Shown: positions 13,694 to 26,233 of the stretch, piece after piece
Layout: the number at the start of each line of letters is the position of its first letter
How positions within the stretch are numbered: the first letter of the stretch is position 1
DNA from: Stegostoma tigrinum
Lineage: Eukaryota
Reading direction: 5' to 3'
Assembly: GCF_030684315.1 (NCBI RefSeq)
Contig: NC_081365.1
Location: 62,054,481 to 62,118,480, forward strand
DNA: 64,000 nucleotides
Translations under genes and position numbers: made by a program
Notes under the pieces: generated by a model
The model's database searches: none
What the model was told of the DNA's origin: nothing
Seen by the model: the letters and a program-made list of their open reading frames with translations, nothing else

Positions 13694-14357
13694 TGATCTT
13701 TTAGATGGCCGGATTTTGTCAGACTCGTTGCCATTTACAGCCTGGCTCATGACAACAGGCAGGAGATGCAACAATTTTCATATCATCCAGAGTTACTGTT
13801 GTGTCCACCGCAGATACCATATTTTTCCGGATTATTTGTTCATTTTACAATGGGGAGGACTTAGACATGAGTGTTTGTCTCATAGGAAGCAGGTTCTAAG
13901 GACAGTTGTTAAATGAGCTGTGAAGTCACAGTCAGTTGCGAAATGGTCTGTATCTGAGCAGGAGGCTATTATCCCAAAGTATACTTAGCAATTTAGTAGC
14001 ATGAATTTGAAAGCGTCTTGCAACCGTCATGTTGGTTTAATCTTTTTCTGATCATGTGTAGTCTGGAATGATATAGAATTATACGAATATAAACTTGAAA
14101 GATAATCTGATTTATGAACAACACATCCATTAGGCGATAAAGTGAAAGAAATGACTCAAATTTTCTGAGGAAGTCACCGGACCCGAAATGTTAACTCTAT
14201 AGATGCTGCCAGACCTGCTGAGCTTTTCCAGCAACTTTGTTTTTGTTTCAAATTTATAATATGTGTTTTACAATTCCAGGAAATCTCAATGCATTTGATA
14301 TACATCTCTGCTTTAATACAAAAAAACATGACAGCCATCTCGTGCACGCTCAGTAAG

Positions 14358-14705
14358 AGTAAATTACTGCAGATGCCAGAATCCGTACAGAAAAGAACGA
14401 ATGCTGGAGATCAACAGTAGGTCAGACAGCATCCATAGAGAGCAAACAAGCTAACATTTCAAGTCAAGGTGACATAGATGAAGGATCATCCAGACTTAAA
14501 ACATTGGCTTGCTCTGTCTCCATAGACGCAATGTGACCTGCTGTGATCTCCAGCATTTGTTGTTTTCAGTGCCCTCCGAGATTCCACATACAACAATGAA
14601 AAGATGTCTATTTAGATTTCTGAAGAAGGGTCCTGACCTGAAATATCAACTTTCCTCCTCCTCCGCTGCTGCCTGGCCTGCTGTGTTCTTCCAGCTCCAC
14701 ACTCA
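14358..14705. mobile_element. older fold-back element (third terminus family) followed by a PLE terminus fragment
   Basis: gctggagatcaacagtaggtca ... tgacctgctgtgatctccagc inverted arms; ctgaagaagggtcctgacctgaaa at 14620. Confidence 0.6.
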
Positions 14706-14714
14706 GTTGTTTCT

Positions 14715-14955
14715 ATTTCAGTGCTGTTGGTTGAGGAAGAAGATATTGGAGAAAACTCCCATGTTCTCCTCTGAAACAGTTCAATGGAATCTTTTTTATT
14801 CCAGCTGAGAGGATAGACAGAGCCTTGGTTTCAAGGCTCAGCCAAAATACAGCAGCTTTGACAGTTCAGGAGCTGCTCGGTACATAGCAATGAATCAGAT
14901 TAGATAATGAACTCAGGTCTGTACACTCAGGCTTGAACCCACTGCCTTCTGATAC
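14715..14955 (-). mobile_element. Deu-domain (SacSINE1/AmnSINE1-like) SINE remnant
   Basis: ctgagagg...agccttggtttcaa...tgacagt pattern recalled from Deu-domain SINEs; related remnants at ~19720-19885 and ~51085-51230. Confidence 0.45.
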
Positions 14956-16768
14956 AAACACATAGCGAAAGTTCGTAAATTCTGCTGGATGATTAATAAC
15001 AGACAAGAGACTGTAGAGGCAAAGGATCTGCTCGGAGCTACAAGGTTGGAAGATGTAAGATTATTCTATTCAGTATGATGACTAATTGGTGTATGGGTGT
15101 GTTGTGTCTTAATTTTATTTTGCATTGTTGCACAACTATAAGTTAAAACCAAATTAACAAAGTGACTCCAGCCATACCAATTGCTGGAGGCCAAAAGTAG
15201 AAATTTCAGACATGCAAAGTCCATCACATGCATTGCTAAACATGCAGTGTGCCAAAGCTGGACCTCAATACTCAAATAATGGCATTATCACTACAAATAA
15301 ACAGTGAAAATATTGTCATATTACCAGTGGTTCATGATCTGCAGTATGAGGATGATTGCAAAGTCAATACCACACTCCACCAGACTTGCAAACCACTTTC
15401 AATCTCTTCAACTGTGCATACTAGTGTCTTGGCCTGTGCTTGCATGTTGCCAAAACATAACTTGTGGATCAACCCAGGCCAGGTCAAGCTGATCCAAATG
15501 AAGATTCTACATTATTGGATCACTTTGACTTCGAAGCATTCTGGCATTTAGATGTTAATTTCAACTTGAATTTCACCCAAAAATACCTACTTCTTCCAAA
15601 GTGATAATTGCATCTGCTTTAAGGATTAGTTTACGGTGTGGTTTCGCTATAAAACAAACTTTTAAATGTTATGCTACTTGCATTCATATTACCTTTACCA
15701 GCGTAAAACATTCCAAACTGCTTTTACAGAGGCATTATCAAATGAAATCTGATACTGAGCCAAAGAAGGCAATACATTTGAGATTAAAAGCTTCTTTGAT
15801 AAGTTAAGGCTTAAGGACAGCATTAAGGAGTAGACAGAATCAGAGACTTTGTAGTGTTTAACAAGAAAGTTCCAGATTTGGCACCCAGGCTGCCAAAAGT
15901 CATCAGTAACAAGATAAAAGATACACAAGAGACCAGGTTTTGAGGGAACACAGAGGACTGAAAACATTATCAAGCAAGAGGATGTTACAGAGGTGAAATG
16001 ACAGAAGGCCACGCAGAAATTTGAACAAAATTGAGATTTTTAAATGTGAGGAATTGCCAGACCAGGAGTTTATGTGGTTAGTGAGAACAGGAATCAGTCT
16101 GAATATCGAAATGACCATATCCCTGGTAAGGTGTGCACAAACAAGAGGAGCATATTGTATGTCTTATCATGAAACAACTGATCTCAAAATTCTCTGCTGA
16201 CATGCAGCCATATGATGTTAACAGCTGATAGTCAGCTTTATGGAGTTGATGCGGCAAGGGAGAATAGTTTACCATAGGTGTAATGCACTAAGCATGTGTG
16301 TTCCCTTTTGCAACTCACCTTTCACACAGGTAGAAATAACCCTGACTATAGGTCAAAACAATGCTGTGTTGCAACATCTGCTGACAGTTGCCTGAAGCAT
16401 GTAAATAGTTTGCCGTTTCACCCTATATTTCCTATTGACTGAATCACCAATCCTCACCATCCCCTAATCCTCATTCATTTTATTCATCACTATTACTTCA
16501 GACTGAAAATCCAGCTTTATCTTCATACTGAAACATCAGAATCCTGCTTTCAGTTTGGGTTACTGTGATTGTTCAGAGCATTCTTAGTAAGATGTGAAAA
16601 CATTACAAAAAGTGCTTTCTGGAATAAGTTCGAAGAAGAGAGGTTTAATGACGACACATGGCTTCCTGATAAGACCTGGTTCAATGAGGTTTGACCCATA
16701 CACATTCGACCCTTCCACTCAAAAGGGCAAATACTCACATAGAAAAAGAAGCCTCTGCCTACCAGGCG

Positions 16769-16790
16769 CTATTTTTAGTTGGAACAACTG
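16769..16790 (+). promoter_or_regulatory. MEF2 site (CTATTTTTAG) with adjacent E-box (CAACTG); probable SMPX promoter element
   Basis: Exact match to the CTA(A/T)4TAG consensus ~250 nt upstream of a strong donor CCAG|gtaagg at 17022 (candidate non-coding exon 1). Confidence 0.6.
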
Positions 16791-18316
16791 TCAGCCACGT
16801 CAGGAATCCTTTCATAATCTGCCTCCAAACTAAACTGATGCACAGTCTTCTTCGATCGACTTCTGTCTAGCCTAAAAAAACTCTTATCATTTCAACCCTC
16901 AACGACCCCACTGCCGGCAAAAGTTAACACCCTAACATCCCGCCAGCCTGGGTTGGGGGGGGGGGGGGGAACAAAACAGCCAAGAAAAGAAAACGCCAGC
17001 AGCAGTATTCACCCAATTCCAGGTAAGGCTGGGCAAAGTTTCTCCCGCGATCCACTGTCTAATGGAGTGGCCGAGAACTGGGAGGCTCATCTGAGAAGCC
17101 AACCTGATCATTCCGGCTGAGGTGTTGTCCCGTTTGTAGGGATCCAGAGTGAAAGGGGACACTTGAAACAGCTCAAGCAGAAAGTGAGCTGATTTGGGCG
17201 ATAGGGCCGTTCTAATTGGGGAGCTGCTTTTGGAAAGGCGACACTTTCTGCTTCTCTTTGTCGCTAGTCCTGGATTTGTGTGTGTTTGTTTGGACCGGTT
17301 TAACCTCTCGGATTTGGACTAGGGACCTCGCTCATCGTGACAGAGCCACAGAACCGAGCTCCAGTCCTATGACCGTGACGTGCCTGGCCCAAGTAAGAGA
17401 CATTGACCTTTTCAGTCCCACTGTCCCGCTCTTCCAGCTGCCAGGGGACTGTAACTTTGAAACTGTGAGGCGGTGACTCATCCCCATGCGATCCACTCTC
17501 GCCTCCAATGCTTATTCTTAGGAGATGATTCTCCTGCTTATATCACATGCATGACCCAGTCTGGTCCCTCTGCTCCGTGTAACACAGTACAATCAGTGCA
17601 TTTAACGCCGTTTAAGAATTAACACACATGGAAAACTGCTGGAAAATCTCTGCAACATCTATGGGGAGAGGGGAAAAAGAAAGGGGGCAGAGTTAACGTT
17701 TCGAGTCCCTGTATGACTAGTTTTCAGAAGGAGAAGTTTAGTGAAAGTGAACATTGTTCAGTGAACAGTTATTTGGAGTTGCTGATTTCTTCAATACGTG
17801 CCATGTTTTTAATAAATGCCATACCAGGGATAAAATTCCTAAGTTCTGTCTGAGATTTGAGTAACAGGATGGATGTGAACTGCTGTAGAATTTGATCGCT
17901 CTCTACTTAATCATGTCTACATTGGCATTTCTGACATAAAATTAGATTCAGCACGCGAACTCCCGCTGAAGGGAAAATGTGTTATGGGTTCTTGTTCATA
18001 GGTGTAGCGATTTAACGAAGGGAAGACATCATTTCAAATGTTCTCAGCACCGAGAATATAATTGCAGTGTCTATTAAAGATTCACTCAGATCTGAGCGAA
18101 CAGAGGCTCAAGTGTTTATGTTCGATGTCCCTTTAAGCGGTATCCAGGCAACATTGAAATGGACACTGAAAGATTATCTTTGGTGGGGCCGCTAACAAAG
18201 TTACTGCAAGAGAGTTATTTCCAGTTCTCTCCGCCGTTCCAGCTCCCACATTCTGGATGTTTGGGTTTAACTGTCTTTTCTCGTTTCCAGCGGGAAATCC
18301 AGCTTCCCTCTACGAA

Positions 18317-18352
18317 ATGTCCAAGCGAAGCTCCAATGTCAAATCCATCCAG
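18317..18352 (+). CDS. SMPX: small muscle protein X-linked, coding exon 1 (MSKRSSNVKSIQ)
   Basis: Acceptor tttccag ends 18290; ATG 18317; donor CAG|gtgaga. Resembles human MSKQPVSNVRAIQ (recalled). Confidence 0.92.
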
Positions 18353-18495
18353 GTGAGATGAAAACACCTCTTAGCTGTTGGGTTACCGCTGGATCCTGTG
18401 AGTGACACTGTGACCACACTATATGTCACTACCCTGTCTTGGGGTGACCGTCTCTAGCGACGCTAACAGCTTGTTCTGTTTGATCCATTTTGCAG

Positions 18496-18582
18496 GCGAA
18501 CATAAACATCCCCATGGGCGCCTTCCTGCCCGGAGCTGGACATCCCCGCAAAAAAAAAGAGGGCACCTTAGAACCTGATGAG
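18496..18582 (+). CDS. SMPX: SMPX coding exon 2 ([29 protein letters not shown])
   Basis: ttttgcag|GCG...GAG|gtgagt, 87 nt; hallmark [10 protein letters not shown] motif. Confidence 0.96.
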
Positions 18583-19251
18583 GTGAGTGAGAAACTGGAT
18601 AACGAAAGTTAAGGTAAAGTCGCCACCGTCGTGCCGGGACCGCACCGCTGTCCTTTCATGAGAGACAGAGAGGGCTGGTAATAGTTCAGGCCTCAGGCAA
18701 AGGGAGAGATTGAGGAGGAAAGTCCATTCCTCTGCTGGAATGGGAATTGAACCCAACCTGCTTCGCAAAACAGCAGTCCAGCCAAGTGAACTGACTGACC
18801 CCTCTCCCCGCTACTGGTTAACAGGAATAAAAGAAATAACTTAATAAGAGCGTCAGACCAGACTCCAAACCTTAACTTTTTCCACCACAGATGCTGCCAG
18901 TCTGTTGAGTTTCCCTAGCATTTCCTGTTTTTTTCCCTACCTGACATGACTTTCATTAAAGAAACAGTTTGTGTTCATTTAGCGCTTTTTAATGACGTAA
19001 GTATTTAACATATAAATAAGTATTCTGTTTTGAAGAGCTGTAGGTAACCCCAAAGCCAATTTTTATGCATCATGGTCCCACAAACCCCAAAGTGATAATG
19101 ATCACGTTTTCATCACTTTTGGTAAATGGATCATTACTGTTGGTTGTGAGCGATTGCAGCCCTTTTAAAATTATTTTAAAAATCTTTTGCATTTTTGGTT
19201 GCATTGTCAGCCCTATACTCCTGATCTTTAGGCAGCTGCTGTGGAGGGGTG

Positions 19252-20770
19252 TGGGCAGATGGGAGGACCTCCTCATAGGTCTGTTCCTGGGCCTGGCAGG
19301 ATTGGCTTTGAACAAGCCCAGGCAATGGGCTGTCGAGTGTGTCTGCCAACTGTCTGAAACTCTCCAACTGTTAACTTCATGCCAAGGTATCCTTGGAGAT
19401 GGAGTAAGCGGTATCCATCAATGTTCTTGATGCCTTTAGAGACGACTGGGCACTGTGGGAGAATACAGTACTTTATTTCCCCCTTCAACTCCATTTGATG
19501 GTTTGAATTGCCCTAAATGTGCTTTGCTTCTAAATAAACTAATTGGCTGCACTGGCGATTTACTGGTAATGGTTAGTGTTTAAAAAGGGAAGTGAAAAAC
19601 AAAAAAAAATCTCAGTGACTTTGGGGATGGGAAAGTTGAGTGTGATAGCACTTCAAATATAAAACATTAGTACTGGGCAGATCTGTCCTGGGCTTCCTCC
19701 AATGGAGCTAATAACACCCAACTGAGAACACAGACAGACTCTCACTTTAACATCTCACACAAACAACAGCATATCTGACAGTGCAGCACTCCTGCAGTAT
19801 TGCTATGAAATGTCAGCCTATATTGTGCATGCAATGTCTCAAACTCACACCCTTCTAACTCAAAGGCAGACTGAGTCATACAGACAACTAAATGCTGATC
19901 ATGGAACTATATCAACAACTAGAAAGTAGTGAAAGATTGGGAGTTGAATGTGGTATGTTTTGGATTTCATTACAACTGCTAACTCAGTACCCACAAAGAA
20001 GAAAAAGGAAGATTTTTTTTTAAACAGTGGTTATAGTACTGTATTCTCCCACAGTGCCCACTTGTCTCTAAAGGCATCAAGAACATTGATCGATACGGCT
20101 TACTCCATCTCCAAGGACACCTTGGCATGAAGTTAACAGTTGGAGAGTGTCAGACAGTTGGCAGACACACTGAACAGCCCATTGCCTGGGCTTGTTCAAA
20201 GCCAACCTGGCCAGGCCCAGGAACAGACCTATGAGGAGGTCCTACCATCTGCCCAAATAGAATGATGTAAAATCTTCCTTTTTCTTCTTCGTGGGTACTG
20301 AGTTAGCAGTTGTAACGAAATCCAAAACATACCACATTCAACTCCCAATCTTTCACTACTTTCTAGTTGTTGATATAGTTCCATGATCAGCATTTAGTTG
20401 GCTGTATGACTCAGTCTGCCTTTGAGTCAGAAGGGTGTGAGTTTGAGACATTGCATGCACAATGTAGGCTGACATTTCACAGCAATACTGCGGGAGTGCT
20501 GCACTGTCAGATATGCTACCATTTGTGTGAGATGTTAAAGTGAGAGTCTGTCTGTGTTCCCAGTTGGGTGTTAATGCCTCCATTGGAGGAAGCTCAGGAC
20601 AGATCTGCCCGGTACTAATGATTTATATTTGAAGTGCTATCATACTCAACTTTCCCATCCCCAAAGCCATTGTGACTTTTTTTTGTTTTTCACTTCCCTT
20701 TTTAAACACTAACCATTACCAGTAAATCACCGGTGCAGCCAATTAGTTTATTTAGAAGCAAAGCACATTT
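19252..20770. repeat. interleaved inverted duplication A-B-A'-B'
   Basis: 19252-19472 is the reverse complement of 20035-20255; 19515-20016 is the reverse complement of 20269-20770. Confidence 0.95.
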
Positions 20771-21425
20771 TTTGCCCCACACCTCCTCCCTCACCCCCAT
20801 CCCAGGCCCCAAGAAGACTTTTCACATTAAGCAGAGGTTCACCTGCACATCTGCCAATGTGGTATACTGCATCTGCTGTACCCGTTGTGGCTTCCTCTAC
20901 ATTGGGGAAACCAGGCGGAGGCTTGGGGACCGCTTTGCAGAACACCTACACGCGCCTCGCAATAAGCAACTGCACTTCCCAGTCGCAAACCATTTCAACT
21001 CCCCCTCCCTTTCCTCAGACGACATGTCCATCCTGGGCCTCCTGCAGTGCCACAATGATGCCACCCAAAGGATGCAGGAACAGTATCTCATATTCCGCTT
21101 GGGAACCTTCCAGCCCAATGGTATCAATGTGGATTTCACAAGCTTCAAAATCTCCTCTCCCCCCCACTGTATCCCAAAACCAGCCCAGCTCGTCCCTGCC
21201 TCCCTAACCTGTTCTTCCTCTCACCTATCCCCTCCTCCCACCTCAAGCCGCACCCCAATCTCGTACCTACTAATCTCATCTCGCCCCCTTGACCTGTCTG
21301 TTCTCCTTGGACTGACCTATCCCCTCTCTACCTCCACACCTACAGTCACCTTCACTGGCTCCATCCCCACCTCTTTAACTTGTCTGTCTCCTCTCCACCT
21401 ATCTTCTCTTCTATCCATCTTCGAT
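20771..21425 (+). mobile_element. Penelope-like element fragment (GIY-YIG), truncated at both ends
   Basis: NVVYCICCTRCGFLYIGETRRRLGDRFAEH; nucleotide similarity to ~25440-26087. Confidence 0.9.
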
Positions 21426-21719
21426 TGTTAACTTGTTGGAAAAGTTTTATCTCTTTGATAAATACTGTCTTGTGAAATTTTGTGTAAGACCATGTCACAC
21501 TTCACAGAATGAAGCATCATGTCAGGACAGAGTACTTGTGCATCAGTACAAAAGAAAGATTTGCATTTGAAGAGCATTGTGCTTGGCCTCACAATGGCCC
21601 AAATTGGTTTTACAGACAGTGGGGTATTTTTAAATTGTGATCACCACTGTAACACTTGAAATATGGCAGGCAATTTGCTCACTGTAAGTTTCCACCAACA
21701 GAAATCAGATCATCTGTTC

Positions 21720-23100
21720 GAACAACAGGAACTTGTATCAGTATAATATCCTTAATGTAATAAAACCAAATTACCAATTAACTTCACAGGGGCATGAAGA
21801 AACATAACTTGACACTGAGTCACATAAAGAGATACTAGAATAGATTATCCAAAACTCATGGTAAAAGATATAGTTTTTAAGGAGCATTTCTTGGAGGAAA
21901 GAGATGGAAAACTTTAGAGAGGCAATTGCAGAGCTTAAGGTCTTGATGGCTTATTGCCACTTAAGGTGGAACAATTAAATTGTGGAATATTCAAAATGCC
22001 AGGTTTCACTGGGAGAACAGATATCTGAAAGGGTTTTAGGCTGGAGGAGGGTGCAAAGCAGTATTAAACAGTGCTGGGGGCATAGATGTCTGTGGAAACA
22101 AGTACTAGAGGAGAATTTTAAAATTGAAATGCTACTTAACTGCTAGACAATGTAGAGTTGTGAGCATGTGTGATAAATGAACCGGACTTGGTGCAAATTA
22201 GGCTATAGGCAGCATCATATAGGATGGCTAATACAGTAAAACAGAATATGGGAAGTCAGTCAGTGGAGCAATAGAATGGTCAACCTGCAGACGTAACAAA
22301 GGCAACAATTAATGCTTTAAACAGTAGGTGAACTTAGCTGGAAACTGAGTAGAGTAGAGTTACAGAGATGGAAATGGATGGTCAATGACGGTGTGGATAT
22401 GTAGTTGGAAACTCATCTTAGGGTTAAATGTAACACCAAGGTTATGAACAATTTGGCTGAGCACACAGTTGCCAAAGAGAAAGTTGGAAATGTGACAAGG
22501 GAATTAAGTTTGTGGCACAGACCAAAGACAGTTAATAGAAAGTTATGGCTATCTGATACTGGGTGTTCACTAAGCAATCTGATAATTTAGAGACAGTGAA
22601 GAGGTTGAGAGAGCTATTGGTGACGTAGAGCTGGGTGTCAACAATGGTTATGCTTGACATTGTGTTTTTAGATGATGGAGCAAGTTGAAGATGACAATAG
22701 GAGGGGGCTGAGAAATGTTCCTTGGGAGACACCGATGTAATGGCATGGGCATTGGAAGAGAAGTCATAGCAGGTAATTCTCTGCCTATGAATAAAAAGAT
22801 TTGAACCAGGAAAGCAGAGTCCCACACAGGTTAACAATTGTGAGAAGATGTTGAAGAAAGACAGGATAATTGCACAGCTCCATTCAATATCATTTCAATA
22901 ACTTCATTTTTACATCATGGCCGGGTATAAAACTGATTGGCAGGATTCACATATGAGGTTTCTGGAAACAAGGAAGGGGATTTGTAAGGCAACCAATGGT
23001 TCAAAGGCTTTGGAGGGGGAAAGGACATCAAAGATGAGGCTGATGTCTTCAAAGAAAGAGGGGGTCAAGGGTTGTTTTTGATTGGAAGCAGGTTGATAAT
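21720..23100 (-). mobile_element. old L2-like LINE remnant
   Basis: Minus-strand SVSPKEH...DTQLY resembles L2 RT motifs (GVPQG...DDTQLY); similar remnants at ~15700-16130 and (plus) ~61640-62370. Confidence 0.45.
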
Positions 23101-23169
23101 CTTGCAATTGTCATGTAGGGAGTTAGGTAGAAAATTAGCAAGCAGCACCTGTAAAGTAAGAATCTCAGA

Positions 23170-23905
23170 TTATTTCCTGTGTAATTATTAAAAGGTACTA
23201 TTCTAAAGGATATGCAGGTGCAGATAGACCTGGGGTATACGTACCTACATCATTAAAGATGACAGGACAGGAAGAGAAACCTGATAAAAAAGCATAAACT
23301 ATTCTAGCTTTCATTAACAGGGGAATGGAGTACATGAGAAGCTGATTATGATGAACCTATATCAGACACTGGTTAGACCTCAGATGGAGTGTTGTGCATA
23401 GCTATGGATGTCACACTATAAGAAGGAAGTGAATGCATTGGAGGCAGCAGAGAAATTTAGAAGAGTTGTTCTAAGGATGAGACACTTCAGTCCTGAAGAT
23501 AGCCTGGAGAAGTTGGGATTGCTTTCCCTAGAGAGGAGAAGGCCAAGGAGAGATTTGATAATAGCTTTCAAAATAATAGTGCACCTGAGCAGAGCGGATA
23601 GGGAGAAACCTGTTTCCATTTATAAATAGATTAAAATCAGACAGCACAGTTTTAAAGTGTTTTGCAAAAGAAGGAAAAATGAGATGAGAAAACTGTTTTT
23701 ACATGGTGACTATTTAGGGTACAGAATGCACTGCTTGGAAATGTGATGGAAACAGGTTCCATCGAAGCAGTGAGAAGGCTGTTGTGCAATTACCTAAGTG
23801 GAAACAAAGTGCAAAAATGCAGTAGATTGGCACAAAGTTAAAATGCTCAGAGAACCACTACAGACATGATGGACTGAATAACCTTCTTCTGCACTGTGAT
23901 GATTT
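23170..23905 (+). mobile_element. old CR1 LINE 3' part (in SMPX intron)
   Basis: LGLLSLERRRPRRDLIIAFKI and a CR1-type tail. Confidence 0.75.
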
Positions 23906-24251
23906 TTTTGATTTTGTAATCTCACCCCATTTGAAAAGTCCACATCTGAAAATTGAGAACTATCACCGTTTAGGACTGAAATGTCAGCTTTGTGCTCAGA
24001 GTGTGTTCCTCTGGAGAGGGAGACCTGCTGCAACTCAGAGGTGAGAGTGCAACCACAGAGCACAGGTTTACATTATTCCAAGCTGAAAAAACTTGACTGG
24101 ACTCATTACTTTTTGACTGATTGATGAGAGTGCTAGTAGAGCTCTGAGTACAATTCACAGGTTGACATTTAGACCAAGATAAAAACGAGGTGTGAGCTAA
24201 GGCGTTGCTGTATACTTTTATGAAGTTTAGTAATTGTTTAATCTGATACAG

Positions 24252-24380
24252 GGGACATGCATTAAATCAGAGGAAAAAAAAGAGCTGCCTGGAGCAGTGA
24301 AGTTACCAGGGCCAGCTGTCAACCTCAAGCAACTTCAGACTGCCAAGAGTGAGTTGAAATTTGTCCCCAAGTTTGAATAA
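24252..24380 (+). CDS. SMPX: SMPX coding exon 3 ([42 protein letters not shown])
   Basis: tacag|GGG...TAA in phase 0; KLPGPAVNL and KSELK.VPK motifs; total protein 83 aa. Confidence 0.95.
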   Translation, partial: GTCIKSEEKKELPGAVKLPGPAVNLKQLQTAKSELKFVPKFE

Positions 24381-24665
24381 AACTGAGTTGGGTTCAGATT
24401 CAGAAATGTCGATAGCACTGACTTTCACTTTTGATCCACCTCTGCTCCTGCAGAATGGCAATGGGTATCTCATATGGCCCAACAATTTATACAGATCTAT
24501 TGGTATTGGTAAAATAAACATACCGTTGTATAATGGTTGTATAATGAAACTTTGCTACTGATACTTCTGTTACTGTTAAATCAGTGTTTGCCTGGCATTT
24601 GTACTGTTTTCTTAAAAATGTAAGTATAAAATATTGTATTATAAAATAACTACAATTTATTAAAC

Positions 24666-24671
24666 AATAAA
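24666..24671 (+). terminator. candidate SMPX polyadenylation signal AATAAA
   Basis: AATAAA ~285 nt after the stop codon in an AT-rich UTR-like tract. Confidence 0.45.
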
Positions 24672-24783
24672 TCTTATTAATTCAAAGCTTCACTGTTGAT
24701 AAATAATGTTTCATTAGAACACATGGTGTTAAATAAGTGAATGTTTTAATTAAAGATATTGAAAAATTACACTGTCTTGCCTT

Positions 24784-26233
24784 AGAGATAATAGGAACAG
24801 CAGATGCTGGAGAACAGTTCGAACAGTTCATCCACTTCATCAACACCTTCCCCACAACCTTAAGTTCACCTGGACCATCTCTGATACCTCTTTCTCCTTC
24901 CTGGACCTCTCTGTTTCCGTCTCTGGCAACCACCTGGAAACCGATATCCGTTTCAAGCCTACTGACTCCCACAGCGACCTAGAATACACCTCCTCCCACC
25001 CAACTTCCTGCAAAAATGCCATCCCCTATTCCCAATTCCTTTGCCTCTGCCGCATCTGCTCCCAGGGCGAGGCATTCCACTCCCGAACATCTCAGATGTC
25101 CTCGTTTTTCAAGGACCACAACATTCCTCCCTCAATGGTCGAGAACGCCCTCAACCACGTCTCCTACATTTCCCTCACACCGCCTTCCTGCAACAACAAC
25201 CAAAACAGAATCCCCTTTCTCCTAACGTATCACCCAACCAACCTCCGGATCCAATGCATCATCCTCCGATACTTCTGTCATCTGCAATCTGACCCCACCA
25301 CCAAAAACATTTTTCCATCCCCACCCTTAACTGCTTTCCAGAGGGACCACTCTCTCCATGACTCCCTTATCTGCTCCACACTCCTCTCCTGCCCCACCAC
25401 ACCTGGCACATTTCCCTGCAACCACAGTAAGTGCTACACCTGCCCCTTCACCTCCCCGCTCAACCCCCTCCCAGGCCCCAAGAAGACCTTCCACATCAAG
25501 CAGATGTTCACATGCATATCTGCTAATGTGGTATACTGTATCTGCTGTTCGCATTGTGGCCTCCTCTACATTGGGGAAACCAAGCAGAGGCTTGGGAACT
25601 GCTTTGCAGAACACCTACACTCAGTTTGCACTAAACAACTGCACCTCCCAGTCGCGAACCATTTCAACTCCCCCTCCCACTCCTTAGACAACATGTCCAT
25701 CCTGGGCCTCCTGCAGTGCCACAATGATGCCAACCAAAGGTTGTAGGAACAGCATGTCATATTTAACTTGGGAACCCTGTAGCCCAATGGTATCAATGTG
25801 GATTTCACAAGCTTCAAAATCTTCCCTCCCCCTACTGCATCCCAAAACCAGTCCATCTTGTCCCCATCTCCCTAACCTATCCTTCTTCCCACCTAACCCC
25901 TCCTCACACCTTAAGCCCCATCCCCATCTCCTACCTACTTGCCTCATCCCGTCCCCTTGACCTGTCTGTCCTCCCTGGACTGACCTATCCCCTCTCTCCC
26001 TCCCCACCTACACTCACCTTTACTGGCTCCATCCCCGCCTCTTTGACTTGTCGTCTCCACTTATCTTCTCCTCTATCCATCTTCGATCTGCCTCCCCCCT
26101 CTCCCTATTTATTTCAGAACCCCCTTCCCCTCCCTGATTTCTGAAGAAGGGTCTATGCCCAAAACATCAGCATTCCTGCTCCTCTGATGCTGCTTGCCCT
26201 GCTGTGTTCATCCAGCTCTGCACCTAGTTATCT
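24784..26233 (+). mobile_element. Penelope-like element (PLE), 5'-truncated: RT C-terminus, GIY-YIG endonuclease, pyrimidine-rich 3' region; short inverted terminus on the left
   Basis: ORF 25096-25746 contains NVVYCICC..CGLLYIGETKQRL..FAEH (GIY-YIG). Flanked by cactgtcttgcctt (24770-24783) and cactctcttgcctt (26234-26247). Confidence 0.9.

Noticed and set aside
19065-19494. ORFs overlapping duplicated segment A
   Set aside because: No recognisable domain or splice support.
20733-21431. 232-aa ORF as a domesticated GIY-YIG gene
   Set aside because: Non-ATG start inside duplicated flank, runs into the PLE 3' region; best explained as a truncated insertion.
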